A stretch of DNA of 64,000 bases from a virus: positions 1 through 64,000 of the IMG/VR virus record IMGVR_UViG_3300011116_000574; one strand, given 5' to 3'. Below, piece after piece: positions 30,053-41,779 of the stretch. The position numbers and the translations under genes are program-made. The notes under the pieces were generated by a model that was given only the letters and a program-made list of their open reading frames with translations, was not told the DNA's origin and ran no database searches. Each line of letters begins with the position of its first letter. The stretch's first letter is position 1.

Positions 30053-30385
30053 CTATTCATTGATTAACTCCAAATCTTCGTGTGTAAGGAATAGGCAATT
30101 TGCATCAATTTCAAAGTAGTAGCCTGTATCTCTGATGATTAAATTAAACCAATCATACGCCCACTCTGCTACTAACATTAAGTCTTCAAGGATAGACTCA
30201 TCACCAGGATAGTCATCTAATTGGTTTTTAAGTTCTTTCCAATCTTCTACATTTAGGGTCAAGCCAAAGTGTAGGGCTGTTTCAACAAGTTGAATATCGA
30301 ACTCTTTACCGCTCATATTAGTGCCGTCAATCCAGCAACCTAATTGTTCTTCTGTTACATCATTTAAGTCATATATTTTCTGCAT
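30053..30385 (-). CDS. acidic hypothetical protein
   Basis: First gene after repeat 30406; leaderless after TACCAT. Confidence 0.65.
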   Translation of the reverse strand: MQKIYDLNDVTEEQLGCWIDGTNMSGKEFDIQLVETALHFGLTLNVEDWKELKNQLDDYPGDESILEDLMLVAEWAYDWFNLIIRDTGYYFEIDANCLFLTHEDLELINE

Positions 30386-31130
30386 ACCCAATGGTAGCAT
30401 AAGTTCCAGAGAAAATCAAGGGGTTTCGTAATAAAGATCTAAAAATTTATCGGGTCCACCCGCAACCCCAATTAAGGGGCTGGAGCAAAGAAAGTATTAT
30501 CAAAAGCTTCGTCAACAGCATCACAGATACCACTTACAATAAAGTCAATGGCGTGTTCCTCATCTCCGATATCTAGGCTATCTAAATACTTTGCTATGTT
30601 GTCATATATATTACTCTTTAGTTCATCATACATTATTTGATCTCCTTATTGGATTTGTGCGGTAAGGGTACTTGGGGGGTGTGCAAAGAAAGCTTCATCA
30701 AAGGTATCTACAATAACCTGACATAGGTCATCATATACCCACTGCCTATCAACATCTAGATATTGTGACTGAACGGTATCCATATAAGATAGGATATTCT
30801 CTTGCAACTGTTCTCTTAAGTCATTTAGTGTCATTTGATTTTCTTCTTTCCAATAGTTACTGACGGATATACATTATAGAAATGTTTGACAAACTCAAGA
30901 GCCGTATCCCACTGCTCTAATTCAATACCTGTATCATTATGCATTTCAACTAGGTCATCTGCTAGTCGTTCTAATAATCTTAAGTCAATTAGTTTACTCA
31001 TATAGATACTATCTCCGTCTCAAACTCGTATAAATCTTCACCGTGATAACTACACCACGCATAATAACCGTCACTTACATCAAACAAAGAAACTTCATCT
31101 TTGCACCTACGACATACGATAAGTTCTTCT

Positions 31131-31304
31131 TTACTCATCTTCATCATCTTCCGTTACATACTGTTCATCTACATCAATGGCATACACTTCTGAGAAATTT
31201 GTATAATCTTCCCACTTCCAGCCCTCTGCTTCTGCTTCTGCAATATTATCTGCTTCCACTTCATAGTTAAACTTAACTGTTACTTCTACATCATACTTAG
31301 GCAT
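31131..31304 (-). CDS. small acidic protein, VEA..EA family (not in ORF track)
   Basis: MPKYDVEVTVKFNYEVEADNIAEAEAEGW...; coupled to upstream ORF. Confidence 0.65.
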   Translation of the reverse strand: MPKYDVEVTVKFNYEVEADNIAEAEAEGWKWEDYTNFSEVYAIDVDEQYVTEDDEDE

Positions 31305-31718
31305 AAGACACTTCCTCTATTTCGGTTGAATAAGAAAATTCTAGTGGAGCAAAGCCACACCAGTCTTTTAGAAAATCATTGGCTTTTTGTACTATTACTT
31401 GCTCTTCATAAATCATATCGTCTAGCGAACCCCTAGAGTTAATATTTACTAACTCTAGGTTGTCTACATCTACGGTTGTAGATAAAACAAAATAGTCTGC
31501 GATAAATGTTACTTTATATGAATTCAATTTCTACTCCATTGTTTTGGTAATCTACTGCTTCATCTTCGTGATATACATTATGACCCTTTGCCTCAAAGTA
31601 GTCAAACATATCTTCATAGTCTACACCATCAGGGTCGGCGGTGTCAAGAATAAATTGGTTATATTCTTCTTCATCTAACTCTATAGTATAAGTATGTAGC
31701 ATAGCCACATCATATGTT

Positions 31719-31901
31719 TTAACTAACCTGATAGTCATTGTATTCCCCCCATAGAATTTCATCTGGAATTGTTTCCATAGTGTCAAGATTGACGATAGTA
31801 TGTCCGTCTACAAAGTATTGGTTGTCACGATACATTGTTTCTGCTTCCTCAAATGACTCTGCTTCAACAAATGCTGTGATAGTAATTTCATATTCTGCCA
31901 T
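31719..31901 (-). CDS. small acidic protein, VEA..EA family
   Basis: MAEYEITITAFVEAESFEEAE; GAGG SD. Confidence 0.7.
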   Translation of the reverse strand: MAEYEITITAFVEAESFEEAETMYRDNQYFVDGHTIVNLDTMETIPDEILWGEYNDYQVS

Positions 31902-32321
31902 TTTGTTCCTCTCGGTAGTTGATACATCAATGGTATCAGATAGGTCAGACATAATCAAGTATAATCTCGGAGATTTTTTAGATCCTTCGTAATTAGAGCT
32001 TTAAAGGCGGGCGAACCCGAATACCCCATCTAATGATAGATGGGATACTCAAGGCGATCTAAGATAGTTGCAATTTTTCCTTGACAATATTCTGCAATCT
32101 TCTTTGCTTTATCTAAATCTTGAACAGTCAAGTCAAACGAGTTGTCTGCGTACTGCTCTGTTTCTAATCCATATTTCATAGCCTCAAACATACCAGCCAA
32201 CTGGTGCTTGGAACTTGGGGTTGTAATTGTTACAATCATTTTCTGTTTTCTCCTAGTTATGTGAAAGTGGGGTTTTTATTGTGGTTATCCCCAGCCACAG
32301 TTTACCTACCTACCCGTAGAG

Positions 32322-32789
32322 TTAGCCCTCGTTACAATAGACGACAAAGGTATCGTAGTCTTGGATTTCGTAGTCAGAGTTTTCGCTGATGATGTCAAAC
32401 GAGAAGTCGTGACCCTCTACGCTATCTGCATCAGTACCGACTGGTAGTGTCATTGTAACCGAGAAAGTTACATTTACATCAACGGTTGCTTCATTGGTTA
32501 GTTCAATGTCAAGCAAGCGAGCAATTTCATCTGCGTGGTCGCCTAGTTCATCATAGTTTTCAATTAGGTAGTCACGAACATTGTCAATTCTACCCTCTAA
32601 CTTGGTGTTGCGACTTGCTAGAATTGCTTTGTTGCTGTAAAGAGAAGTGACCTCGTGTGCTTCAAGGACTTTTGGTGTTACGCCTGAATAAACAGGCTGA
32701 TGTGTATTCACCACAATCTTGGCGTATGGGTCATAAGTTAGTTCGTCTGTTACGGTTTCGGTGCTTGCGTGTTTTGGTGCGTATGTCAT
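32322..32789 (-). CDS. acidic hypothetical protein
   Basis: AAGGA SD and cassette promoter. Confidence 0.75.
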   Translation of the reverse strand: MTYAPKHASTETVTDELTYDPYAKIVVNTHQPVYSGVTPKVLEAHEVTSLYSNKAILASRNTKLEGRIDNVRDYLIENYDELGDHADEIARLLDIELTNEATVDVNVTFSVTMTLPVGTDADSVEGHDFSFDIISENSDYEIQDYDTFVVYCNEG

Positions 32790-32948
32790 TTGTTTTCCTT
32801 ATCGGGTAGTTGTTATTACAATAATACACTATGGGGGCGACATAAATCAAGTAAAAGTCCAGAGATTTTTGAAGCTTTCGTAATTGACTTATCCAGGATC
32901 GGGATAACCCGCACCCCCCACAAAAGTGGGGGGTGGAGATTTACCTAC

Positions 32949-33716
32949 CTACTCAACCTCAAGTTCATCAAGTTCAGCAATACGCTTTTCGGCTAACAAT
33001 CTAAATGGGCAATCATCAAATAACCACTCTGACTGTGCTTCTAATTCATCTTTAGGTAGGGTTAGGATTTGTTGAGTTGTGTATTCATCAACTTCCCCCC
33101 ACACACAAGCGGTACAAGGTATGTCAAGTGCCATAAAGTCTGCGTGACTAGGGCTATCTACAAACTGGTCAGATACAAGTACGCCACCTGCGTAATGTAA
33201 CTTACCTGCAAAGAAGTTGGCTTCCTCTGTAATCTCATACTCAAACTCAAGATTAGGGAAACGCTCTGCCATAGCGTCATACGCTTCTACGGCTGGCGAC
33301 CAAGCGGTATCAAAAGACCAGTTAAAATACCAGTTACCGTCATTACGCTGGTCAAGGGTTATGTATTCTCGGTCTAAGGTTTTATCCCACTTAGTACCCC
33401 AGTTACGAACATTCCAATCGTACCAATGATTAGATACGGCTAGTTTATGCTCTATCTCTGGCAAAGATGAATTGAAATCTGTGCTTGCGGAAATCTTGAT
33501 TTTGCTTTGTGAGGCAAAGTATTCGTCAAGGATTTCGGCTGGCGGTGTAATAAAGTTCCAAAAAACACCTTTATCATTTTCATCTAAAACATTTGTATCT
33601 GTCTGATAGTCATAGTGATTAGATGTATGTGGCTTATCGGCAAAGTCTAGAAACTCGTTGAGTTCTGCTTCTGTCTTGGCTGATACGATTACTGAATTGA
33701 AACACCAGTTTGGCAT
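32949..33716 (-). CDS. DUF1281/YubB ferredoxin-like protein
   Basis: MPNWC.N, WYDWNVRNWGTKW, FDTAWSP. Confidence 0.8.
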   Translation of the reverse strand: MPNWCFNSVIVSAKTEAELNEFLDFADKPHTSNHYDYQTDTNVLDENDKGVFWNFITPPAEILDEYFASQSKIKISASTDFNSSLPEIEHKLAVSNHWYDWNVRNWGTKWDKTLDREYITLDQRNDGNWYFNWSFDTAWSPAVEAYDAMAERFPNLEFEYEITEEANFFAGKLHYAGGVLVSDQFVDSPSHADFMALDIPCTACVWGEVDEYTTQQILTLPKDELEAQSEWLFDDCPFRLLAEKRIAELDELEVE

Positions 33717-33752
33717 TTGCTTGTCCTTTCGGTAGGTTGTTAGACTATCTTA

Positions 33753-33953
33753 TCAGTTTTCGGGGGTAGTGTCAAGAGAAACTTCAACACCATCCCAATC
33801 ATAAATTGAATTTGTTGAAACCTGCAATGGCTGAAATGTTGGATCTGTGTTAGCCCAGTTTTCTGCGATAGTTAGTGCTTCATCATAACTGTCTGCTTCA
33901 ATGTGAATTTCATCTGAAACTGTGTAAGTTAGGTATGCGGTGTATGTTGACAT
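33753..33953 (-). CDS. small acidic protein, VEA..EA family
   Basis: MSTYTAYLTYTVSDEIHIEADSYDEALTIAE; AGGAG SD. Confidence 0.65.
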   Translation of the reverse strand: MSTYTAYLTYTVSDEIHIEADSYDEALTIAENWANTDPTFQPLQVSTNSIYDWDGVEVSLDTTPEN

Positions 33954-34204
33954 TTTTTCTCCTGTTGGTAGTTGGTTTGTAGTATGTGGGGGACTGGTCT
34001 TTAGTTCTAGAATTTCAACCATTTTCTCGTACCGTCTAGTGGTATTAGCCCCACATACATTATCTAGTGTACACTATGGGTCAGACATAATCAAGGATAA
34101 TTCCAGAGAATTTTTGGTAGCTTCGTAACTAGGGTAATTATGGCGGGTCAACCCGATCAAAAAAATTTTGTCAAATTTACTTGACAAACCCCGAAGGGCT
34201 GGGG

Positions 34205-35197
34205 TTATACCCCAGCCACTTCAGTTACGATTGACAACAGTTTATTTTTTTCTGCGTTCACAACAGGGTCAAAACCTGCTGTTCCCATAAGTAGACTTTC
34301 GTCATTACCGCGAGAAGTTCTGAACCAATCAAGGCGTTCGGTTAAAGCGTTGTACGCACCCCAAGCGTTGCCAGCAATCATACCGTTGGTATCGCCAACA
34401 TAGATTTCCTCTAGCAATTCAATCTTGTTTTCCCATTTCTTTACAGCACCCTTTTTGTCTGCTTCTGGCATTGGGTATGCAAGCGAAACAATCTGGTCAA
34501 ACTGTGCCTTGCTGATTTCAGTTTCAATCATAGCGTGTGCAAGTTTATCAAACTCATCAAGGTATGCGTTAGCAAGACCTAATGCTTCGCGAGCCTGTGC
34601 AACTCTACCGTCAATGGACTGCGTGTGTCGCAACTTGAAAGATTGGTTAGCACCCTTGCGGAATACTGCGGTGTGAGTATTCATACAGGTTAGGCGGATT
34701 GGTGTAACAGTAGCCTGAACAGCACTAGAACCATCGTGGCTCGTAGAGATAGCAAGGTAGTTCTTGACAACATCACGAACACCATTAGGGTCAAGTACGG
34801 TTTCACGCTCTAGGGCTAACGCACCGAAAACGATACGACCATTTTTCAATGAACCAGCAACTTCCCAACGACCACCGTCAAGTAGGTTATCGCCAAACGC
34901 AAAAAGTTCCTCGTTCTGTAAAGTTTTGTAACGCTTGCCCACAACTGACAAAACATTTGAGTGCTTGTCCTCTGGGTGGTCACGCACAACAAGAAAGTTC
35001 TCGGCGGTCATAGAATAGTTATCAGGTAATGGGATTTCCTCTAAGCGAACATTCCAATTATCTAGGTTTGCTAAAGATAGCATTTCAGAAGTAGTAACTT
35101 CATTTTGGAACACAGTTCCAAGTTGGTGGTAGGCAGGTGTACGCAGGGAAGCGTAAGAAGCCTGACCGTTGATGATTTCAATTTGGTCAATTGCCAT
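34205..35197 (-). CDS. DUF932 phage/plasmid-like protein (TIGR03299-type)
   Basis: PAYHQLG, YKTLQN, AGSLKNG, SHDGS, TPIRLTCMNT, RHT, NAWGAYNALTE. Confidence 0.88.
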   Translation of the reverse strand: MAIDQIEIINGQASYASLRTPAYHQLGTVFQNEVTTSEMLSLANLDNWNVRLEEIPLPDNYSMTAENFLVVRDHPEDKHSNVLSVVGKRYKTLQNEELFAFGDNLLDGGRWEVAGSLKNGRIVFGALALERETVLDPNGVRDVVKNYLAISTSHDGSSAVQATVTPIRLTCMNTHTAVFRKGANQSFKLRHTQSIDGRVAQAREALGLANAYLDEFDKLAHAMIETEISKAQFDQIVSLAYPMPEADKKGAVKKWENKIELLEEIYVGDTNGMIAGNAWGAYNALTERLDWFRTSRGNDESLLMGTAGFDPVVNAEKNKLLSIVTEVAGV

Positions 35198-35347
35198 TTA
35201 TTTCTCCTAAGTTAGATTTACCTACTAAGTGTAACACAGGGCTATGACATAAATCAAGGATTATTTTATTTAATCTCGGAGATTTTTTTGCCCCTTCGTA
35301 ATTGGATACGAAAGGGCGGGTCAACCCGCAGCTGCGGGTTTGTCAAG

Positions 35348-35421
35348 CGATCTGAACGGGACTTGAACCCGCAACCTCCGCCGTGACAGGGCGGTGCGCT
35401 AACCAATTGCGCCATCAGACC
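35348..35421 (-). tRNA. tRNA-Asp(GUC)
   Basis: Reverse complement GGTCTGA...CCGCC-CTGTCAC-GGCGG...TTCAAGT...TCAGATC-G. Confidence 0.93.
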
Positions 35422-35536
35422 AAGAAATGCGGGGAGATTTGCAACTCTCCCCGCACCCTGTTATGTTTATTAAATCTATCTATACACTCACCAAGCAATA
35501 ACATACAAAATGCTAGGCTACTGTTTTCTTGGCACT

Positions 35537-36007
35537 TTACCAAGAAGCCTGATACTCAAAATAATCAAACTTAGAAGCAAGGCAACGGTCAATTATTGCA
35601 ACCGTTTCTTTCAGGTCTACAAAATAGTATTCGTCATACTCGGTTGAACCAAAAAAGAAACCTGCACCTGTTGGCAAAAGTTCTGATGCCAAACTATTGT
35701 CGGCAAGAACCTGCTCACATAGAGATTTCAATTCCTCTAAATTCTCACGAGTAACAAACATTTTCTGACACTCGTCAATGCCATTACCAATAGTTTCAAC
35801 AAACCAATTATGGATTTGATTTGACTTACGCCAATAACCCATAGGGAAGTCAATAGAGATACCGCCAAAACTATCTTTAGAAACTTGGTCGGAAACACCA
35901 AACTGCTCTACAATCTGGTAAAACAATTCGTTGCGGTTGTCGTTATCGTTATCCCAATCGTATCGGGAAATGTATTCGCTTGCTGATAGGTATTGGTCTA
36001 ATCCCAT
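35537..36007 (-). CDS. conserved phage protein (MGLD...YWRK.NQIH.WF family)
   Basis: Recognisable motifs including GFFFGSTEYDEYY. Confidence 0.75.
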   Translation of the reverse strand: MGLDQYLSASEYISRYDWDNDNDNRNELFYQIVEQFGVSDQVSKDSFGGISIDFPMGYWRKSNQIHNWFVETIGNGIDECQKMFVTRENLEELKSLCEQVLADNSLASELLPTGAGFFFGSTEYDEYYFVDLKETVAIIDRCLASKFDYFEYQASW

Positions 36008-36186
36008 TTAGAACTCCTTATTTGTTGGTAGGTAAAAAGTGTATCAGATTATTTAGTTATTGTCAAGGGTTTGTGAGCCTTGCCTGTCACTTGCCGTAGT
36101 TTCGTATCTAGCCCCCACACATCTAGTGTTGTTACTAGGGGAACGCAAGCCGTTAGCCGTTTTATTACACTCACACCCTTGCTAGA

Positions 36187-36339
36187 CTACTTTACAGTTG
36201 TCCAGCGGTCTTGACCATTTACATCAAGACGAACACGCAAAGAGCCATTTGCGTTTGCGACAATCTCTTTTACGACACCCGTAACCTTAGACTTTTCGGT
36301 GGTTAGAGTATTGCCAACTTCAATAGATGATTTATCCAT
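36187..36339 (-). CDS. small SH3/KOW-like protein, divergent paralog
   Basis: VGNTLTTEKSKVTGVV...RVRLDV...RWTTVK, similar to 43042/44144/44828. Confidence 0.7.
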   Translation of the reverse strand: MDKSSIEVGNTLTTEKSKVTGVVKEIVANANGSLRVRLDVNGQDRWTTVK

Positions 36340-36978
36340 TTTGCTTCCTTTCGTAGTTTGTCTTACAAGTTTAGCATAGGGGTAGGACAAAAATCAAGGA
36401 TTATTGCTCAAGTTTTTCAATTAGTTTGTGGTACAACTGAACAAGTAATTCGGCATCATAATCTTCATAGGTGTCTACCCACTCAAGCAGTTCGTCTTTG
36501 CAGTGACGAATACCGTCTGCAAAACCATCTTCATAGTTACTCATAGCAACTCCTTTCGTTTCACATAGACTACCATACAATAGATAAAAAGTCCAGAGAA
36601 AAATAGGCAGCTTCGTAATTGACAAACCCCGAAGATCGGGGTATCCCGATCCCCCCAGAATTGGGGGGCGGGAATTAAAGTTCCTTATCGTGCTTTTCCC
36701 AAGCAATTATAGAACTAAAGATAAGACCTATCATTGAAAACACAAAGCCGACAACACACACACCAATTAGAACATCTAACATTAAGACCCCAACTTTTCT
36801 ACAAGCATTTCCTCATAGTCTACATAGTCTGCTTCCATTAGTTCATCATTGAAATGCCATACCTGATGATTGGGGTCAAATGCAACACCTTCATTTTCAA
36901 ATTTTACCATTGTGGTGTCAATGTCAATCTCAAACTTATCTGTGTCCTCATCATAAAAAACTACAAAATGATACTGCA

Positions 36979-37146
36979 TTATTCTACTTCCAATCCATAA
37001 ACATCATACTCAAAATGCTGACTGACTATTTTTAGGTCGTCTGCCATAAGTTCGTCAAAAATCTTTATGGCTTCCTCTTGTGTGTCGGCTTCTATGATGT
37101 CCTCAAACTCGGTTACTCGTTTAGATGAAAAATAATAATTTGGCAT
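36979..37146 (-). CDS. small acidic protein, VEA..EA family (not in ORF track)
   Basis: MPNYYF...IIEADTQEEAIKIF. Confidence 0.6.
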   Translation of the reverse strand: MPNYYFSSKRVTEFEDIIEADTQEEAIKIFDELMADDLKIVSQHFEYDVYGLEVE

Positions 37147-38774
37147 TACACCACCTTTTCCAAAATCTTAGTTAGTTGTTCTAGTGCTTCTGGCGATAGT
37201 TCATCTACCGCTTTCCAATCTATAACTGCTTCCCAATCTATCATTACTGCCCCACTCCAAAATCTGTTGCTACAATTTCAACTGCTTCATCAAGACAGTC
37301 AATTAGATTTGCTAATTGTTCTGGGGTCAAATCCTCTACCATAAAACTAGGTAATTCGGACTTCCACGCTATCTGTGAGCGGTAAGTATTGCCACACTCG
37401 GCACATTGTTCTGACATTTGTTTTCCTTTCGGTAGGTTTATGTTTCAATGGTACACCATAGGTCAGACATAAATCAAGGATAATCCAGAGAAATTTTAAG
37501 TGTTTCGTAATTGACAACCCCGCAGCAGCGGGGTACCCCGAAGGGTGGTAGATCTAACTACCCCACTCTATGCTTACTTGGGCGGAACTACCAAATAGTG
37601 CCTGGACAAAACCATTAGCATAGTAACGGTGGTTCTCGTTATCTTTATCAAACTCAAATGGAACCTTGCTCAAAAACTCTTGCCAATGGTGGTCTATGTC
37701 CTCTGAATAGACAGACCAGTTACCCTCGCGGTATTGGCGACTAATAGTTGCTCTCATCTTATCCCCCAAATAATTCGTTTAGTTTGTCAATGTCGTTGCC
37801 GTTCACAATTTCACGCACTTTTTCAGAAACACCGTCAAACTTGCGAACAAAGTAATCGCCTGTGTCACCGCTTATGCTGTATGTGACAGACTTGGCTTCT
37901 GTTGTGTGTTGTGTGTTGTTGTACATAACATCTGAACCAAACTCTAGACGACCAATAAAGTCAATCATACCTTCGGTAGTAATGTCAGAAAGACCAAAGC
38001 CGTATTCACCTGTTTCCAACATCATACGGATAATGTCTGTTTCATCATAGGTTGTTTCAATTCGGGCGGTAATTTGATAGGTCATTAGTTTATTTCCTTT
38101 TCATAGTTGATGATTGTAAATGATTTTGTTTCCTCGTTGTAAATACACTTTACCATAAAAGTCATACAATGTAAAGAGATTTTGTAAGTTCTTACTTCTA
38201 GGTCATAAAAAAAGTTGTCGCCCTCCCATTCAATAGGGCAAGCGTTCCAAAGAAGTTCGTGCATAAAACTATCTTTGGATACAGGTTCTAATGTTTCTAG
38301 TAATCGTTTCATTTGGCTCATACATAAAGAATAGCAGGTACATCTGACAAAATCAAGAATAATTCCAGAGATTTTTTGGCAGCTTCGTAATTTACATTAC
38401 GAAAGATCGGGTTATCCCGCACCCACCCCAAAGGGTGGGCGGTGGATTAGAGCCACTCTGTCAAATCACCATCACCATAGTAATCTTGCTTATGACCATC
38501 TGCTTCAGCAATTACTTCCCAAAGTTCATCTTCGGTAAAATCGCCATCTGGATACCACTCTGCTAGTAATTCATAAACTGCTTTATCCATTAAAATAAAT
38601 CCTCTACTTCCTCTACTGAATAGCCGTGAGCAAACCTATGAGCAATTACAATACGCATACTGTCGGTTGCTTCGTCAATCGCTTCCCACATTTCCTCTGT
38701 CCAATCATTGGTGTCTAGCAAGAGAATGCCCTCGCCATCACCATAGTTTCCGTCTGTTGCGAAATAATGTCCCA

Positions 38775-39104
38775 TTACACTTCCTGCCAAATCATCATAC
38801 TCTCAAACGAGTAACCATTTACTGTATTTTTAGTTAGGTCAATCTCTACCCACTCTGACCAATTATCAAATGTGACTTTAGGATTTACGGCAAAGATACC
38901 ATAACCTGTTTCATCAAGGATTTCATTTTGGATTAGGTGTGAAATAACCATACGAGTCCAATAAGAGTGGTCGCCTATTCGTGGTTGTGCGTGGCGAATT
39001 GCTTGGGCTAAATCGTGTTCCCAACTGTCTGCCCCCCAATGTGAATAAAGTGCGACTGCGTGGTCAGTTCCGTCATTGAATACAAAGGTTACTCTAGCAC
39101 CCAT
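38775..39104 (-). CDS. conserved hypothetical phage protein
   Basis: MGARVTF...LYSHWG; conserved leader AACCTACCGAAAG. Confidence 0.7.
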   Translation of the reverse strand: MGARVTFVFNDGTDHAVALYSHWGADSWEHDLAQAIRHAQPRIGDHSYWTRMVISHLIQNEILDETGYGIFAVNPKVTFDNWSEWVEIDLTKNTVNGYSFESMMIWQEV

Positions 39105-39939
39105 AATTTTCTCTCTTTCGGTAGGTTGATAAATCAAGTGTAGCAGTCTTGTCTGACATTTTCAAGGATAATTCCAGAGATTTTTGAACATCTTCGTACT
39201 TGACAACCCCGCAGCAGCGGGGTATCCCGCCTTTCGGCGGGGCTTTAATGGTTATTCCCAGAAGTCCTGTATTTCAGACAAGTCGTTGATACTTTCAATG
39301 TTGGCTCGCTCATAGCATAGGTAAAGCGTATTTAGTAAAGCGTGACCAATCATAGAAGCGGTGTCATAAGAAGCCAAATCTGCTTCTGTTAGATAATCAA
39401 AGTCAAATTCTTTTTCTGTTTCTGATAAAGCAAATAGGTATTGCTCTACAAGAGTTTCAAAGTCAATGAACATCTTGCCCTCGTGAACCATTGAATTTAG
39501 TTCGCCGTCTGCTATAAACATTTCTTTCCTTTCGGTAGGTTATGTAATAATCTTAGCACACATTACCGACATTTTCCAGAGAAATTTTAACTAATCGTAA
39601 ATAAGCTGAAAAAGATCGGGGTAGCCCGAAGACCCAGTTTGTCAAACTGGGTCGCAGGTGGTGTAGAAAAATTGGATACTATCCGCAGGAACATAAATTA
39701 TTTCATCACCTGTTTTTGTTTCAAAAGATAGTAATCCGTTTTCAATACGGAAAGCATTGTCTGGGTGAACATCTGGGAACTCATAGGGGTTAGCAATTCC
39801 GTTTGGTTGTTCTTTGTAGACAATGTGTAAGTTAGTTTGAAATTCCATTTAGTAGTCCTCTTTCGCTTCTGGTACACTAGCACCGCATAGCATACAGGTT
39901 GGGTTGGTTCTGTCTGTTACATTGACAATCGGGTGAACT

Positions 39940-40155
39940 TTACACTCTTTCATTTTTCAATAACGCCTTTCGCTCGTCACCGAGTAGACCGCCATAAATA
40001 CCGTCTACACTTTCATTTGAGAGTGCGAACTCTAAGCACTCTGATTTTACAGGGCAAGCGTTACACAATGACAACGCCAACGCCCTATCTTTTAGTTTGG
40101 CACTAAAAAAGATTTCTGGGTCTGCCTCTAAGCAATTTGCCTTATCCTGAAACAT
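39940..40155 (-). CDS. whiB: WhiB-family transcription factor (early)
   Basis: ANCLEADPEIFF...CNACPVKSECLEFAL...GIYGGL. Confidence 0.92.
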   Translation of the reverse strand: MFQDKANCLEADPEIFFSAKLKDRALALSLCNACPVKSECLEFALSNESVDGIYGGLLGDERKALLKNERV

Positions 40156-40313
40156 AATCTGCCTTTCGTTTGTTGGTAATACTATTATGACACACGCCAC
40201 CGACATTTTTGGTAGCGACACGCACAATTTCAGAGATTTTTTTGGGGCTTCGTAATTTGACAAACCCCGAAGATCGGGGTACCCCGATCCCCCACGAAGT
40301 GGGGGCGGGAAGG

Positions 40314-40781
40314 CTAAAGTCCCAACCCTTCGGCAAGAGAGTTAGCAATTGCTCTAACCTCTATTGCCCAATGCTCTGATAAGTCATCTTCAAGCATCTT
40401 TTCTGATAAGTCAAAGAGTTGTTTTACATAGTCTGGAACGCTGTCAGGTTGTGTTACTAGGTCTTCATCTTCATCAAGCCAAGCATCATCTACATAGTCT
40501 TCATCATAGCACCAAGCGGATAGGTGGTGTTGTTCAATGATTGCCCAAGCAGGTGCGGTTGATTTACCATTTTTGTAGAATACACCTTCAGGCAGTTCAA
40601 TTTCTAGACTGCCATTGTCTTCATTGTAAGCGTTGATTGCTTCAATACAAGGCTGAACCATAGTCAATGGGATTGGTGGATAGTGATTGCTTGTTAGTTG
40701 AATAGCAATTTGCTGTTCAAGGCTAATGTCAATACCGTATTCTGATAGACTTGCTAAGTCGTTTGCTGTGTTGTTACCCAT
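40314..40781 (-). CDS. hypothetical protein
   Basis: NHYPP...CIEAI...IIEQHHL, acidic tail. Confidence 0.7.
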   Translation of the reverse strand: MGNNTANDLASLSEYGIDISLEQQIAIQLTSNHYPPIPLTMVQPCIEAINAYNEDNGSLEIELPEGVFYKNGKSTAPAWAIIEQHHLSAWCYDEDYVDDAWLDEDEDLVTQPDSVPDYVKQLFDLSEKMLEDDLSEHWAIEVRAIANSLAEGLGL

Positions 40782-41119
40782 AAGAGTTACCAACCTTTCT
40801 TGTGTTTTAGTTTGCGAGTGTAGGCTTTCTTATTTTTATGACCACCGCTTGCGTTGGAACGGCGTAATTCCAAGCGAGCCTGTAACTGTTCAGGTGTTGC
40901 CTGTGTTGCTGTAATCATTTTCTTTTTCATACCTAAAGAATAGCACACCTCACCGACAATTTCCAGCATAACCCAGAGATTTTTTTGGAGTGTCGTAATT
41001 TGACAACCCCGCTCTGGCGGGGTATCCCGATCAGCCAGCTTTGTCAAGTCGGCTGTCGGTGTGTCTAATCTTTTTCGCTAAGAATTATGGCGATAAATTG
41101 CAATAGCATATAAATTAGT

Positions 41120-41653
41120 CTATTCATGTGAACCCCTGTAAATTATCCAGATTAGTGCTTGTGTTGTGCGAGGTGTTAGCCCCATTGCCTTAGCAACATC
41201 TTTAACCGCTTGTGCCATTTCGCGGTATTGTGTTTTATTTGGTGCATTGGTATCTAGTCCACCTGCGTAGCACATCCATACATCTATCGTTACCGCATTT
41301 TCATCGCCAGCAATTGCACGAGCGAACGCATTAGTTTTTAAGCCTTTAAGTGCATTGAACCCTAGCACTAAACTATTTTGTGCCATAACTAAATTGTTTT
41401 TTAGTCCTGTCGCTTTTCCTGTGTGTGCGAATTCTAACGCTTGCACAACATTTCTTGCCCAACGCTGACGAGGTGAGAATGATGAAACAACACTAGCACC
41501 ATTTTCAATAGTTGCTTTTATGCCACGACTAGCAAGAATACGCACAACATCGTGTGCCACTAATTCTGCATCTGCATACCATTGCGTAGCCAATTCAATT
41601 TGGGTAGCGGTTGCCTTTTTTGCAATTGCGAGGTAGTGGTTGAAGTAATCCAT
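41120..41653 (-). CDS. conserved phage protein, possible HhH-GPD/glycosylase-like fold
   Basis: WY, SPRQRW..N, KT..F, VTIDVW, QALIW motifs. Confidence 0.55.
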   Translation of the reverse strand: MDYFNHYLAIAKKATATQIELATQWYADAELVAHDVVRILASRGIKATIENGASVVSSFSPRQRWARNVVQALEFAHTGKATGLKNNLVMAQNSLVLGFNALKGLKTNAFARAIAGDENAVTIDVWMCYAGGLDTNAPNKTQYREMAQAVKDVAKAMGLTPRTTQALIWIIYRGSHE

Positions 41654-41779
41654 TTTTGCTCTTTTCGGTAGGTTGTAGTAATACTGTACCAGATACCGCC
41701 GACATTTTCCAGAGAAATTTTAGGCGTGTCGTAACTTGACAACCCCGCCTTGGCGGGGTACCCCGAAGGGTGGTGGGAA

